Part shown: positions 24,001-39,000 of the stretch, piece after piece
Numbering within the stretch: the first letter of the stretch is position 1
How the letters are laid out: each line of letters starts with the position of its first letter
NCBI RefSeq assembly: GCF_037042905.1
Contig: NC_087245.1
Location: 37,760,001 to 37,824,000, forward strand
Source: Lytechinus pictus
Lineage: Eukaryota
Reading direction: 5' to 3'
Length of the DNA: 64,000 bases
The notes under the pieces: model-generated
Database searches by the model: none
Told to the model about the DNA's origin: nothing
The model's input: only the letters and a program-made list of their open reading frames with translations
Program-made: the position numbers and the translations under genes

Positions 24001-27000
24001 AGTAAATCTTTACTTTACATTCCACCTGTCCATTATCATTACAACTGTGTTAGTTTGTTTCAAAAATTAAAAATATATCTTAATTGGTTGCCATGGCAAT
24101 GGCTGAAGATGTCATTTATTTATTAACAGCAAGCATATATATGCTTAGCTCCCTAACATTGGGGCAAATGAAATAAAAATCAGATTTTATTTTTTGTTTG
24201 TTTATCAAAGATGATACTTTTCTGGGGGGAATGAGCTGTTGCCATGGCAACGGGACATTTGAAACACTAATATTTATCATTAAATTCAAGTATTACCAAG
24301 GCAACATACATGTAATTTTATTATTCTGATGAACTCATACAGAACTCTTACTGAAATTTTTGTTCAAAATTAAATGACCGGCCAAATCTTTCGCATATTG
24401 AGTTATTTGTATGTATTTCCACCTGTCCAAAATCTTGTCATCCAAATCATTATTTTTTAGTATTAGATATTATCTGGTTGCCATGGCAATAGCTTCAGAT
24501 GTTATTTATACATTTTGCATCAAACATATCGATGTTTAGCACACAAAGATTAGGGGAAATGCAAGAAAAATCAGATTCTGCAGTCCCTTTTTTAATCAAA
24601 ACTTGTACTAAATGATCTGTTGCTATGGCAACAGGCCATTTTGAAATTGATATTTATTGTTGAATGCAAGTATTACCAAGGCAACATCAATGTTTATCAT
24701 TCTAATTTAGTTCATGCAGAACACTGACTGTATTATTTTCCCCTAAATTAATTGAGTAGGTCAAACGTTACGCATATGTACATGTTAATTTTTATTGTAT
24801 TGTTCACCTGTTCATAAGCTTATCATGTATGTTTTTTTTTTATTAGATGTTATCTGGTTGCCATGGCAATGGCTTAAGATGTTATATTTATAAAATTTAG
24901 TCACAAACATATCTCGATTAGTACCTTGAAATTAGGGGAAATGGAATGATGATCATACTGTACATGTATTTTACATTTTTATCAATATTTTTACTTTTCT
25001 AGAGGGAAATAAGATGTTGCCATGGCAACGGGTCCTTTGCAAAATTGTTTCTTTTTAAATTTAATTCAAGCTTTACCAAGGCAACATTAATTTTTATCTT
25101 TATAAAGAACTCCTGCAGAACACTTTCTGTATTTTTTGTTCAAATGAGGGGGTCAAATCTTAAGCATACAGATTAAGTTAATTCCACTTGTATTTTCCAC
25201 CTGTCCATTGTCTTGTCAAACATGTTATTTTTGTAAATTAGATGTTATTTGGTTGCCATGGCAATGGCTTGAGATGTAATTTACACATTTAGCAACCAAA
25301 TATCTTCGATAAGCACTGTAAAGTTAGGGGAAATTAAAGATAAATCATATTCTACAACGTTTTTTTAATCAAAATTTTTACTTTTCTGGGGAAAAACAAG
25401 CCGTTGCCATGGCAACGGACCAATTGGAACTTTCTTGATGATCTTGAATATTTCTAAATTTCATATGTATTCAATTGGGAGCCTGAAAATTATCATTTTG
25501 GTCATCTATATCATGTTTATTTACCATTTACATGGGAATGCATGTTATTTTGGAGAAATTAATCCGTTGCTATGGCAACGGCCGAAAATGGCATTTATAA
25601 ATTTACCTCCCATCTTTAAAATAAATCTTACGGCATATACTAATACTTGTGAAAGTTTCATGCTTTAGTCATAATTTGCACAATTGTTCGGCTAATCCGC
25701 TCTACTATATGTCATTATTTTGACAATCCAAATGAATAATTAAGCCTGATCTTATTTGTGTGGGACCTTCTTAAAATGATTTCTCTTAGTTTTCTAGCCC
25801 ACATGAAAGATTGTAATACTATTATGTTTTGAGTACTCTAGAAGTGAATTAAGACTGGAGAAATTGGGGGTCAGCCTCAAAAAGGTTGATCATTTAATGG
25901 AATTTTCCTGCATGTCATCATTATTACCAGATATAGATCAGCGACTAGAAGGAGGAATGAATCTACTTCACTACGCTGTTCTATCATGTAATGATGAGGC
26001 TGTATCGTTCCTGTGCAGTAAAGGTGCCCCTATCAAGCAGCAGGATAAATTGGGTAAGTCTGAAAAAAAAAGAGCAAATAATGCACAGGTACGAAGGTGT
26101 CAGTGGCAATGCAGCTCGAGGGTATATACAATATGTGCCAAGCATGAGGGGCTTGCACTAAAAGTCCTTTTACATTATATCGCAAATACCTGAAATGCTT
26201 CGATGCCTCTAAAATTATTGGAGGGCAATATTTTGATGCTATCGAAATTAAACTGTACCCGGTACTGAAAAAATATTGAATATTCGATCACGGTTTTATG
26301 ATTATGTTGATATATCAGGGTAACATGATGTGACCAAATGTCGATTATGAAAAGTTATTAGTAACCACTCAGAGTTTCTTAGATTTGTTGATTTGAGATA
26401 TCCATTACTTAAACTTATTTCTTTATCACATTTTTTTTTTTTTGGGGGGGGGGAGGTCACGTATGGAACTTGATTTTGAGTGTGTATTTGACTGTATTGT
26501 TTGTTTTCTCATCGTTACAAAGTTTAATTATCATCTTAATCAAACAAACCTATTGACTAATACAGGGAATTGATATGCGTATCCAACATGTACGTGCAGT
26601 ACATGCAAGATAAAATGTGTGCAACAGAGTTTTGTTTATTTACACTTACGTCATTAGTGACTGAATTTATTCAACCTTTTTAATATTTTTGGTCAGATGA
26701 TCTGCATCTTGAGTTAATGAGGTGTTAGTTTAAATATGGACTGGATAATTAAATTCGCTTTATAACACAAGGGAAACCTTGAATGATGCATATGGGGGAA
26801 ACCCACAAACTTGTGGATAACTAAGTTGTTTAATAATAATACTACAGATTTTTCTGGCCACAAACTGATGCACTGGGGCTACTAAAAAAACACATTTGTA
26901 CTGTGATCTCTATCATTTCATGCATTAAAATTGATATCATTATCAACAATTATAGAAATGTGTATAAGTAATTCTACAATTGATGTCATGTATATCCCTA

Positions 27001-30000
27001 TGAACTTGCTAATGTATGTAAAATTTGCTTTGTTGGTGATAATTATACTTGTTTATATAGTGCTTAACACTTATTTTATCAGGGGGGTGTTTCATAAAGC
27101 TGTTCGTAAGTTAAGAGCGACTTTAAGAACGACTGGTGATCATTTCTTGTGGTAAACGGTATATTCATTGGCGATGGTTATGTGCGCAAGAAAGGATCAC
27201 CAGTCGTTCTTAAAGTCGCTCTTAACTTACGAACAGCTTTATGAAACGGCCCCCAGAAGTGCAAAGACTGCTAAAACTGCAAATTGAACAAACTGCACCA
27301 GAATAGTTTAACCCTGATTGGCTGTCAGAAGGTGATGTTAAACCTGAAATAATAATACGAAACTCTTATAACCCCATTGTGTAACAAGGACCTTTTATGT
27401 CAGGATATTATAATGGTTCCATTTAAAATCATTTGTTGAATAACATACACACTGATTTCCTCTCCTTGGCACCACTGTTCTGAATAAACAGGAAATATAC
27501 TTTCCTCTTTCTAATTGAATGACATTAAGTATAACCTTATTAACTTTGTATTTTAACATTCATTTTTGGCAAGCAATCCCATTCTATCAATAGGTCATTT
27601 TTGAAAACTTTTTGTTCTGTTTTGTTTTGGATTATTTCCAATTGTTACAAAACAAAATAATGAAATGAGAGATCTATATAATTCTTTTTTTTTTTTTAGT
27701 GTAATAAAGTCACCGGGAGAGAGAAACCTTTTTTCTCCATAAAGTTTTCAAGGTTTTAAGGAAATTATTGACTCAGCCCCCCTCCTGGGTGTGTGTGTGT
27801 GAGAGAGAGAGAGGGGGGGGGGGTACTTACATTTGGTGATGTTATTCAGGGGTAAAACCAGGCCTAAGAAGTATGTACTAAACAAGAATTTTATTCTATA
27901 ATTTTATGGAATGCTATGTTTTATTTTCCACACTCATTTCCATATAATAAAAAGACTATTTAATGAATTGAATTCATACGCACACTTTACTTGTTACTTC
28001 TCATTTTGATTTTCATGGCAAATTATTATTATTTTTTTACTTTTTCATCGCTGTGTAAAATAAATAGGTATTCAGGGTCTGTGGAACGGTTTTGAAAGTG
28101 GAGGTTGGGGGCTGACCATTAAAAAAAATTCAATCGTGGTATTGACAACAGGTTCTCAAAGAAGCCTTGCTTAATTGTAGAGTCAAAATTCTGAGAATAA
28201 AAAACGGTTGCTTCAAAATTTGAGTTTCCTTTTTACTCTCTATTAATGTTTTATGAAGAAATTGATCAAGCTTTATAGCAAGCAATATTTCTTAAAATAA
28301 TTTCTATTGGATAAGCATACATGTATTAAATGTACATATGTAATTGGGTAAATGGCCTGAGGGCAATATTCATAGTTGATTAATATTGCTAATGGCAGGA
28401 GGACCTGATAACTTAACTTTTAATATGCCAAAATGTGTTATCCCAAAATATCAATGTGTGCAAGACTTCACTGCTCATGAAGATACAGTTTAGTGGAAAA
28501 AGTTTTTTTTTTTTTTTTTTTTTTGGGGGGGGGGTATTCACTCAAGCATGAATGCAAATGGCCTCGCATAGAGCAAAAGGTGATTGGAGACAAATAGTAA
28601 ATAGACATGACAATTGTGAGCGCTTTTGTATTTTGCTTGTTTGTGAAAGAGTGGAACTTCTACATTTTATTCACCAAGAAAATCAGACTTTAATTACAAT
28701 TACACCTCTCTTTTGCAGTATACAAAACTTTTTTTTTTACTCAAAGCATGTAAAATAATATAAGCCAATATATGGCTTACCTATTTGTGTTTAATAGGTA
28801 AAGGTTATTATATACATAATGAGCTTTTTTAAATGAAAAATATGATACATCAGTATTTTGATGAAAAATTAATTCAATTAATAAAAAATAGTTGAAATTC
28901 TGGTTTGGAAATTAACAACAGAAATAAGTTCCAATTGTTTATCATGCTTTGAGTGTTTATAGATATAGTTGTTTTTGTTTGTAAAAATAGAAGACTAGAA
29001 TGGAAAAATTTCAAAGAAAGTTAATTACGGCCCTTTATTACTCTTTTGAAAGCACTTAAATGCCTTTGGACTAAAGAAATTATATAAACAGTTAACACTT
29101 TTAAGAGGTATAAATGCCATGTTTGCAAGCATGTTAACTGGTCTAAAAAGTGTTCCTACATGTAGAGGTGATTATATTGCTGACTTAACCCTTTGGCTCC
29201 GAAAATTAGGTCATCCATGTGCAAAGTCAATGGGATTTGAAAAATTCAGTAGTCAACGGGCTAAGTCAGGTCAAATAGCAGTGTCCTCATTATAAAATTT
29301 TCCCATTCTCATTGCTCAAGGTCGAACCGCAGACCAGGTGTGTTTCTGTTCCAGGACCAGGCGATGCTTGCCCACCCGTTACCATGGCAGCTCGTTCCGC
29401 AAGAGGCTAGGTTCCTTCCATGATAAGAAGGTCATCTTTGAGAACGTCCAGTACGCTGACCGGTTCAATGACCTTCAGATTCAGATCCAGACCATGGATT
29501 TTGATGTCAATCATGACAAAGATCAGAGAGGGAATCTTCTGTTACATGCCGCGGTCAAAGGAGGTAAAGCTATCATAGCGCATATTCTAGTGTATGGAGC
29601 AGACTGTAAAGTGTATAATGTATAGTGTAATGTGAACAGTGTATACTTAAATGGTGTAAAGTGTAAGTATGATAGTATATAGTGTAAAGTGGATGTGTAT
29701 ACAGTAAATAACGAAAAATTATAGTGTGTATAAAGTGTATAGGATTTTTTTTTAGGCCTGCTCGATTGTTGGCCTTTATATTGAACTTGAAAGGAAATTT
29801 ATTGAAGGTTAGTTGAAATTAAGATAAAGAAGTATATATTAATGAGGATAGTTATTTTGTTCAAATTCAATGTTTAATTTTCTAGTTAATATAAAAATTT
29901 GCAACATTTACAAATTAAATTGATATGAATCCCTTGAGAACTCTGTAAAAGAGAAAACAAATGAGCCTAAGTCAAGAGTCAGAGTTCAGATGTAAATGAA

Positions 30001-33000
30001 AATGTAGCCTATAATCTACATGTAGGTGGGGGCTGCAACTATATCTTTGCTGTTACGCTATATGTGAGGAATATGTCTGATGCGACGAGACGAGGGTTGG
30101 TGTGAAGCAACAACAGCCGCTACCCTCTCGTCTTGCTTTTGATACATGTGATTGTTTTCTTTTTATCAAGTATGGTGTAGTGCAGGCTTTTCGTATGAAA
30201 AATTGTTACTGGACATTTTTTATAAAAAGGAAGCAACGATTCAAGCAACACAGGAGTGCATGAGTGGTGGATGCGAGCAGCCACTCTAGTCTCGCCACAT
30301 TAGACTTATGGCTTACATTTCACATAACGGCATCATTCTTATAAAAGCAGAGACAAAATTTGCAGCCCCTGCCTAAATTATATGCTAACGAAAATGTTGA
30401 ATAAATTGAAATTGTTATCACTACAGAGAGAGACCCATTATTCTACTGAAATATGTATGATTTCACACAAAATTAGCAGTGGTTCTAGTTTTGAAATCAT
30501 GTTGCTGAGTTTCATTCAGTTTCATTTTACATAATCTATAGAATAATGAAGTAATGGTGAGGGAGGGACTCGCAGAAAAGTGATAACTCTACGTTAATAT
30601 CCATTTGATAATCTGTATTACATTCATCATGTGATAAAGTTTTACTTTCTTTTTCCTGAACAAGAGTCAATTAGGATATATAAACATTTAATAGATAAAC
30701 ATTGATCATATGATCATTACCATCGATCAAAGATTAATCGGCTAATGATATCTTGGTCACAAATCATTCTTCCTTGACAGAAAACTGGCAATTTTGATAT
30801 GGCTGATGTTCTTTTTTTATGGTTCTTATTACTGTTGTTGTTATTGTTTAAATCATTGCTGCTGCTGTTGTTTATCTTTCATATTGTCTTCATTTTTTTC
30901 TTTCTTGTCCTTTTCCTTCTCTTTCTTCCTTTAATCAATAATAATAATTTTTCATCATAATCATCATCATTTTCATTTTCATCATCGTCACCACCACCAC
31001 CACCACCACCACTACCACTCCCTACTACCACCTTTATCAGGAGACACTACTGTGACCGGGGTGGGGGGGGGGGGGCTTTTGGTCTGCTCTTTCCTACCAG
31101 AGCCATGCTCTGCCAGAGTTTTGGAGTCTGTTAACCCCAAAGCCAGATCTTGCATCCTTCACAAGACGGGGCTCGTGTAGTGACCCGAGAAAAATACGAA
31201 GACCACCAGGATCACCATCATCATCATTTCATGTCAATAGGATAACAGTATTTAAATACTGTTGTTCGGGCTACCCTGTTGCTTGCATGTAAATACAAAA
31301 TAAATGACAGTTGAAAAAAAAAAAAATGAAATTGATCAACACGCATCTCATATTAATTCATGAACATAATTTGATTTCCATTTATTTGAGTTTCATGATT
31401 TATTTCGAGTTTTGGGGTTTCTTTGTCAGCAGAATTTTACCGCACGGTGAATATTCTTGTTTTTCCCAGGGCTCCCTCAGCTGTCGTTGATTTTGAATCT
31501 AGTTCAGGTTCATGGTGCTAACGTCGAAGCAACGAACCGGAAGGGAATGACCCCTCTCTGTCTTGCGGCTCAGATTGGACTTGAGGTCATAGTCGAGGTG
31601 AAGCTTGTTTCATATCGCTTTCATTTACGGCCTGAAAGAATTGTTGCGTAGCCCACATAAGCCCCAAATCTGAAACTTTGGTGTGTCGGTTTTCCTTTCT
31701 TTATTAGTGCCTTTGCTGCTGTGCTGATCAGTATATGAAACCGCAAAAAAAAACCTACAAAATCACAAATTTTGTCAATTTTGCATTGCATGTTTCTCTG
31801 TGTATTTTGCTATCTGATTATTATTACCAGTGACTTGATCAAAAGAGTCTCTATGATTAAAGGGTCCAGTTTCTTATAGACTTTTTATGATTACAAATGC
31901 ACAATTTCTATAACAAACAAATTTACCATAAACCAATCAGATTGAAGAATTTCAGTCGCTTTTTTAAAACCGTTATTGCCAATTTGTTTTGACAAGTTTT
32001 ATGAAATGGGCCCAAGGTCATTTTTATCTTCACTCACTCAATTTGTAATTGATTGTAAACTGTAATTCAATTTGTAATTCATTGTAAATGTTTTGTACTT
32101 GAACAGATCTTGATTTGTGTAATTGGTGCTAACCCGGATACAAGAAATAATGTGAACGGATGGACCGCATTGCACTATGCAGCCCAGAAGAATCATGTGA
32201 ACGTCATTGAGTAAGTTTGAAATGGGGTTGAGTTGGCCTTACTCACGGGCAAAGGTGCTGTGGACGGAAATTGAACCCCCGACTTTCACGTGTCCAGTCG
32301 GTGACATAGGGTTAGAGTTAGGATTGTAATAAAGTTTTTGGTACAGAATGATGTAAAGATAAAGATTAGGGTTTATTTAGTTTTGGAGGTTAAACCTCAT
32401 GTGTGGTTCAATGTGCAGATTTTCCATCAGAGCAATAATCGCCAGAGCAAATGTTATCGAACCGTCCGGTCAGGTGTCTTAGACTATTCGACCACGGTAC
32501 CTCCCCCTCCAGTGCATCAGTTAATTGGGAACTCAGAATGATGTAGCAAATGTCATATGCCAAGCAGATGAGCTTGGAAGCGATTGTGAGAATGCTCCCC
32601 ATGGAGTGGAGAAAGTCTAAACATTTTTTGAGGGGACGCCAGAATCCACTGTCTGGAAATAAATCTGTATAGCACTTGAATATTGTTTATGGTCCTATTT
32701 TCATTCCAGCTGTCTCGTAAAGAGAGGTGCCGACATCAATATAGAAGATAAATTCAGCATGCGAGCAGATGACATTGCTAGCCGTTGTGATCATTTTGAG
32801 TGTCGTGACCTCATCCGTAGCCTTCGACATCAACGATGCATCATGCTGAGCCAGTATGTGAGGAAGGTGAGTTGATTTCTAGTCATTATGTATTAATTAC
32901 TTATTTGGCAATTCAAAAGACATTTATATAATTTACAATATCAATTTTAATTCATGAAATGAAAGAGATCGTATTACAAATGTGGTTTTTAGTAGCAGTC

Positions 33001-36000
33001 CGCCCAGGGCATCATTTGGTGGCCAGGAAAGAAATGGGGAAATCTAATTACTGTCATCTGGGTCCCGTAACACAAAGGTTAGCGATTAATCGTAAGACTG
33101 AGTTTTTTTTATTGATTGTACATTGTAGTCAATGGAATCAGTCGTAGAAAAGTGTTCAACGATTATTGCTAAGCTTTGTGTTACGGGCCCCTGGTGCGTG
33201 TTTCATAAAGCTGTTTGTAAGTTACGAGTGACTTTACCAATGACTGGTATCCTTTCTTTTGGTAAAAGCACACACCAGATTTTCATTGCTGCTTATTTAG
33301 TTCCTAAGAAAGGATCATCAGTCGTTCCTAAAGTCGCTCGTGAAGCATCCACCAAGTCTCCCTTTAAAACTACATCTCTCAACAATTTTCTATAGGTCGC
33401 ACACATGTAATCATTTTCGCAAATGGGCTTTTGTTAGAAATTGACAACTGGAAATGGACAAAAAATAAACAAGTGTTTCAAATTACACCATTGAAATTTG
33501 TAACCCTTTTCTTTTCGTAGTAATATCCTCCTTAACCAGATAAGATGAAGGCCTGTTACCCAGGAATCCAGGGACCTATTCAATGGATATTTACAAGTCA
33601 AGGCCCTTTCTGCATCCTGCTAACCTTTCACTGTGTATTGTTTAAATCCTACATGGGAATCCAACAGCCGAAATCACTTTGAAATGAACAGGAAATGAGA
33701 GTGATTAGATATTGAGACAGGCATGGAAATGCTACGGGCAATTTGCAATGTGACAGTTGTTGGGGGAATAAAGGATTCAATTATTTTTTTGTTGGATTAT
33801 GCCGATTATTTGGGCAAAAGGTATGCATGCTCACATCAAGTCGTGTTTTGACGGTAGAAAAATGTTTGTTTGGTGATTCTATGATAAGGAAGTCCCTTGA
33901 ACCTGTTTCATTAAACTTGTTATGAACAACAAATGCATGAATCGCTGTACAGATGTGATAGATTTTCTTTGCATATTTATTTATTGGCACACTTTGAATC
34001 TCGATTTAAAGGGAAACTTGTCACCAAACGATGCCAGAGTGAAATTCACGGATCATTTCAACATTGACAACGATGGATTAACCCTTATCATGGCCGCTGC
34101 TAAAGCAAACAGGTAATCCCACTCTGATCCTCTATAACCCTATACACAGCCCTTCTTAATCCAAAGGGCACTTTCATGCACATTTGATCCCAAGAGTACC
34201 CGTAGATGACAAGGAATTATTCAGACTTGAATATACCAGGAAGTTCATTTTGTGTTCACACACACACATACACCCCCCCCCCTAAACACACACACCTGAA
34301 CTAGCATCAAGACTCTTGTACATGTATTCCTATTCTTTCCCCAAGGTTTTTGAAACTTTTGGAACCACAAGCAAACGAGATGTTGAAGAACGTAGAGACC
34401 TAGTGGTTATGTAATAATTGTAACAATAAAACCAAATGTCTGTCCCTGCAGAGTATTATGCCAAGGTGCCTACATGCTTATCATTGTAATGATCTGATTG
34501 GAATGGTTCATTTGAAAATAAACCAAAGGTCTGTGCTTGCAGAGTATCATGCCAAGGTGCCTACATGCTTATCATTGTGATGATCTGATTGGGAATGGTT
34601 CATTTGAAAATAATACTCATTGGATTGACCTTGCCCTTTATTTGTACAGATGTGACAATCTGAGCATCCTGTTGAAGGAAAAGAATTGCCCGGTCGATGC
34701 CCAGCATCATTTGGTAAGTTTTATCAATTAGTCCAGGGGGTTGTTTCATAAAACTGTTCGTAAGCTAAAAGCGTATTTATGTAAGAACGACTGGTGAACC
34801 TTTCTTACTCGCTAAACCATCGCCAGTGAACATTTTGTTGTGTATTATTTACCACAAGAAAGGATCACCAGTCGTTCTTAGTTTACAAATAGCTCTATGA
34901 AACACCCACCTGATCAATGCAGGGGGGACGTCAAGTACGGTGTTAAAATCTGGTGTTGGTGTTGTGAAAACACCAGCCACAACACCGTACTTGACATGAG
35001 TTGACAGCTGATGTTGACGATCTTGAAATGAGGCTGGTGTTGAGATCGACCTTGGAAAATATGACATATTTTCAGCAGTTTGTGTTGAGCACTGATGTTG
35101 AACGTGATCTGTTGAACTGAGCATCACTGCTGGTGTTGACGATCTATGTGTAAAATTTCCCATTTCATCAACACTAACCTCCCAGGGATTGGGAAAATTG
35201 TAATTTCAATTTTGGTGTTGATGATCTAAAGTTCACAAACAGGCAGTGAACAGGATGAAACATCCCAGTAAAACTAGCAATAACAGTTAAGATGAGTGCA
35301 AATCTTTAGAGCTTTATACATTTTAATGAACAATAATAAGACTTTGGGATTCTTGAAGTGATTTTAGACTTTGCATTCTGTATGATGGGATTTTACTGCA
35401 ATTTCTCCCCGATTTCACTTTGGTCATCGAGACTTCTCACATAAAGTTGAGACGATCAGCAGTGCAGCGCATAGGCGTGACGTCATTAGCTATCGATGAC
35501 TCAATCGGTATCATTGCTCTGAACCCAGTTCGGTGTTAGAGCTTGTTTCAACAGCCTTTTCATGCACTCAACACCAACACCGAACACTGACTTGTACCCA
35601 GTGGGAACAAAAACTCCACAACACCATAACTAGCGATGCTAGGGGTGTTACACAGAGATTGGGTTTGGCATGTACCCATTTAGGTCAGATCACCCCGTGG
35701 TGTATCAATTATTATCCCTGAAGTTATTGATAGCTAGGTTGGTATCGTTTCCTATGTACATAACGTCTGCTTTAGAGCCCAGTTCAGCAACCTCTTAATA
35801 GACCTTGAATCCAACGTTATTACCCAAAATTGTATAAGTTACCAAAATGACATTATTATTTCCATGACATTGCCAATTTTAGGATTTTGATGTTTGATAT
35901 TTCTTGTTAAGCATTACACACATATCAGTCCGGCATGGGTATTCAAATTCTTCCCAATACCCGTCTTTATTTCTTTTACTGTATCTTGCCTGGCGTTACG

Positions 36001-39000
36001 TACATACTTTTAAAAATAATGTTTGTCAATGTGTTTTATTTGAATTTTAATAATGTGCAATTTGATATATTGAATGTGCAATATTCTCTCAACGGTTTTT
36101 TCCATGAGGGCTCGCATGCCTCTGGGCAATAGTACTGAATTTTACTTTTGCGAGCCCTGGCCCATGGAAAAACCGTTTTCTTACTCTTTTATTCTTCTCT
36201 TTCATTTCTACCTTATCTATATTTAATTATTCAATTTCAAATTGTATTAATGTAATTACATTGTACAATATTTGTATGTTTTTATGGCCAAATAAATAAT
36301 AATAATAATAATAATAAAATTTAAAAAAAATGAAACACAATGTACAGATACAATGAAAATAGGCAGTGTGGGTAGGTTATTTTACCCTCTCTTCCCTTGC
36401 ATTTTGTAGGAATTTTTTTAAGGACCATGCATCAAAAGTTATTGGACCAAACCATAAGATGTGATTATGTTGTCCTGAATGGGTCATAAATGAGTAACAT
36501 GGGGGTTATGGCTCTGCTTTCTTTCCGAGGGGCTTGGTAACATGGATTGATACCATCCCAAAGGGCACTAGCACATCGATGTTGTTGTGATCCTGGGATT
36601 TCATATCAACAACTTTGCCATTCTTTCTCCTCCATTTTAAGTCATTGAAGAATAATCAAATATATTATTAACTAGTGCTGGGTATTACAGTTGGATGAGC
36701 CTCTAGACATTTTGAATTGATTTACATTTGGTTTATTTGTTAATAAAAACTTGTTGATGGAATTTTTTTTTCATGCGGAAGACTATTTTCTGGCAGGGGA
36801 AGGAAATGGTGTTCTAAAGAACCTTTTGATCTTTATATTTGTCATCAAATAGAACTTCAGCCATGACCTATATCAGACCCTCGAAGTGTAACAGACATCT
36901 ATATTGCATGCTTATGGGGTAAATGGTAAAATCTATATCATGGAGTGGAAGAGATTCAACTCCTAATTATTGGTTGATTAAAGTGTACCATTAAATAGGC
37001 ATCTAGATAATCAGCATCTCATAAGTGCTTTTTTTATTCTTTTTTTATTCAAGTGAAGATATATTTCCTGACTCTGTTTCATAAATGTTCCGATATTCAC
37101 TTTTGTAGAATGGACGAACAGCTCTCACGATGGCTGCTATCGACGGAAACGCAAATGTTATCCAGACCTTACTGAATCATAATGCACTGACCACGATTCC
37201 TGACGTAGAGGGCAGGCTTGCACTTCATTACGCATCTATCCACGGCCATATAGACTGTGTACAGGTCATTGTTGAATCTACTCAGGGCCTACATGTAAGT
37301 TGAATCAGTTGCATGATAATTAGTGATTGTAGGTATTCTAGTAAGATTAAAGTCGCATACATTGCCGGCACCACCCTCTAAGAGATTCTCACCACAGAGT
37401 GGTCTTGCTGTGTACTGCGATGTCATGGCAATGATAACAAGAAAGGATGATAATAATAGCTGGATTTATAAAGCGCTTTTGCCCGAGGATACAAAGTGCT
37501 GCCTATTAATACCCGGCTTTTGCTGTGATGCCATATAGGAGTATTCAAGGTATTTCTTCCTACTGGGTACCCATTCACCTCACCTGGGTTTATTGCCGCA
37601 CAATGTGGGTAAGTTTCTTGCTGAAGAAAAATACGCCTTGGTTGGGAATCAAACACATGTCCCTCAGATTAAAAGACAAGGGTCATGATTATTAAACCAC
37701 GACGCCCCCACAAATCAGGGAAAAAAATCTTGAAGCGAATTTCTTTCTCAGATTTCACCCAATGCTTGCAAGACTTTACACACACATTCGTCATTGATGG
37801 AAGGGATGTGCAAGACATTTCTTTTTCAATGTGATGGATACTGCATTGCCATGGTAATGGCAAAATATGGCAATCAATCAGAAATTTCTTGCAGAATGAA
37901 CTACTTACCAGCTCATGTCCAATGCTCTTGAGTCATGGCACAAATTGTTTTCAGATTAGAGATGTGCAAAACACAATTTTAATGTGTCAAGTTTCTGTTA
38001 CCAAAAATCTGTCATGATAGGGCAGGAGTGAAAACCGCCTTCGGTGACATTTCTAATTATGTTTAATATCATGATCGTTGCTTTCTATAGGGTTTATACA
38101 AAGCCTTCCATCTTGCCAAAGATCCATCTATCAAGGACCTCCTCCGTGGTGCCCTGGAGAGACGTCAGCGTGAGATCACCAATCCTACCCTCTTTGAGTG
38201 TGCTATGAACGGCGATGCTTCCAAAATCTATTGTTTACTAGAAGAAGGAGATGATGTCAATCCGTTGACTGGGTCGGGCGACTGGCCGGTCTACATGGCA
38301 GTGGGCAATGGACATTTTGAAGTCGTTAAGCTTCTTCAACAGGTACTTTTGCATTTGTTTCTAATCGGTATTAGTTTATAGGAATTCAATGAAATGTGTA
38401 CGTCCAATTACCCTCCATGTGGCACATTTCTGAAGGGATTTGTCTCTATTTTCCTGGTGGTGGGTGTTCCTAAACGCTGTTTATAAGTTACAGGTTACGT
38501 AACAAACAACTGGTGAGCCTTTCTTGTGGTAAATGATACACACCACATTTTCACTGATGTTAATTTAGCGCCCAAAAAAGGATCACCAGTAACACAAACA
38601 GCTTTATGAAACACCCCCACTAGTTCATATGAGAAGATGCCGTGGGCTTTGATCATCTTAAGCGGTTTATGATGTTGAGTAAGAATCGAGGGGGAAAAAT
38701 GGGGTCTGACAAACAGAAGGTCATTTATATCACAGAATCTCCGTTCTGTTATTCAAGTGAGTGATAAAAATTCAATTTTTAACATGAAATCATTTAAAAG
38801 TAATGATCATGATAATAGATGTGATTTCAAAGGTGCCAAATCTAGTTAAGTCTAAATGCTCAAGGCACAAATGGGAGAAACTAAACAACATCAAATTATA
38901 TATTATACAAATAAGTCTTAAGTTTTACGTTAGTTGGAATACATTACTCTAAAGATTAAGGAGACTGAGAAACTCATTTTGGCACTATATATTCCAGTTT

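Noticed and set aside
22264..25668. Twin 77-aa ORFs on opposite strands
   Set aside because: They are translations of the two inverted arms of the foldback element.
34920..35602. Possible TIR element with GGTGTTG/CAACACC repeats
   Set aside because: The ends are too degenerate and I found no TSD, so it is not called as a feature.
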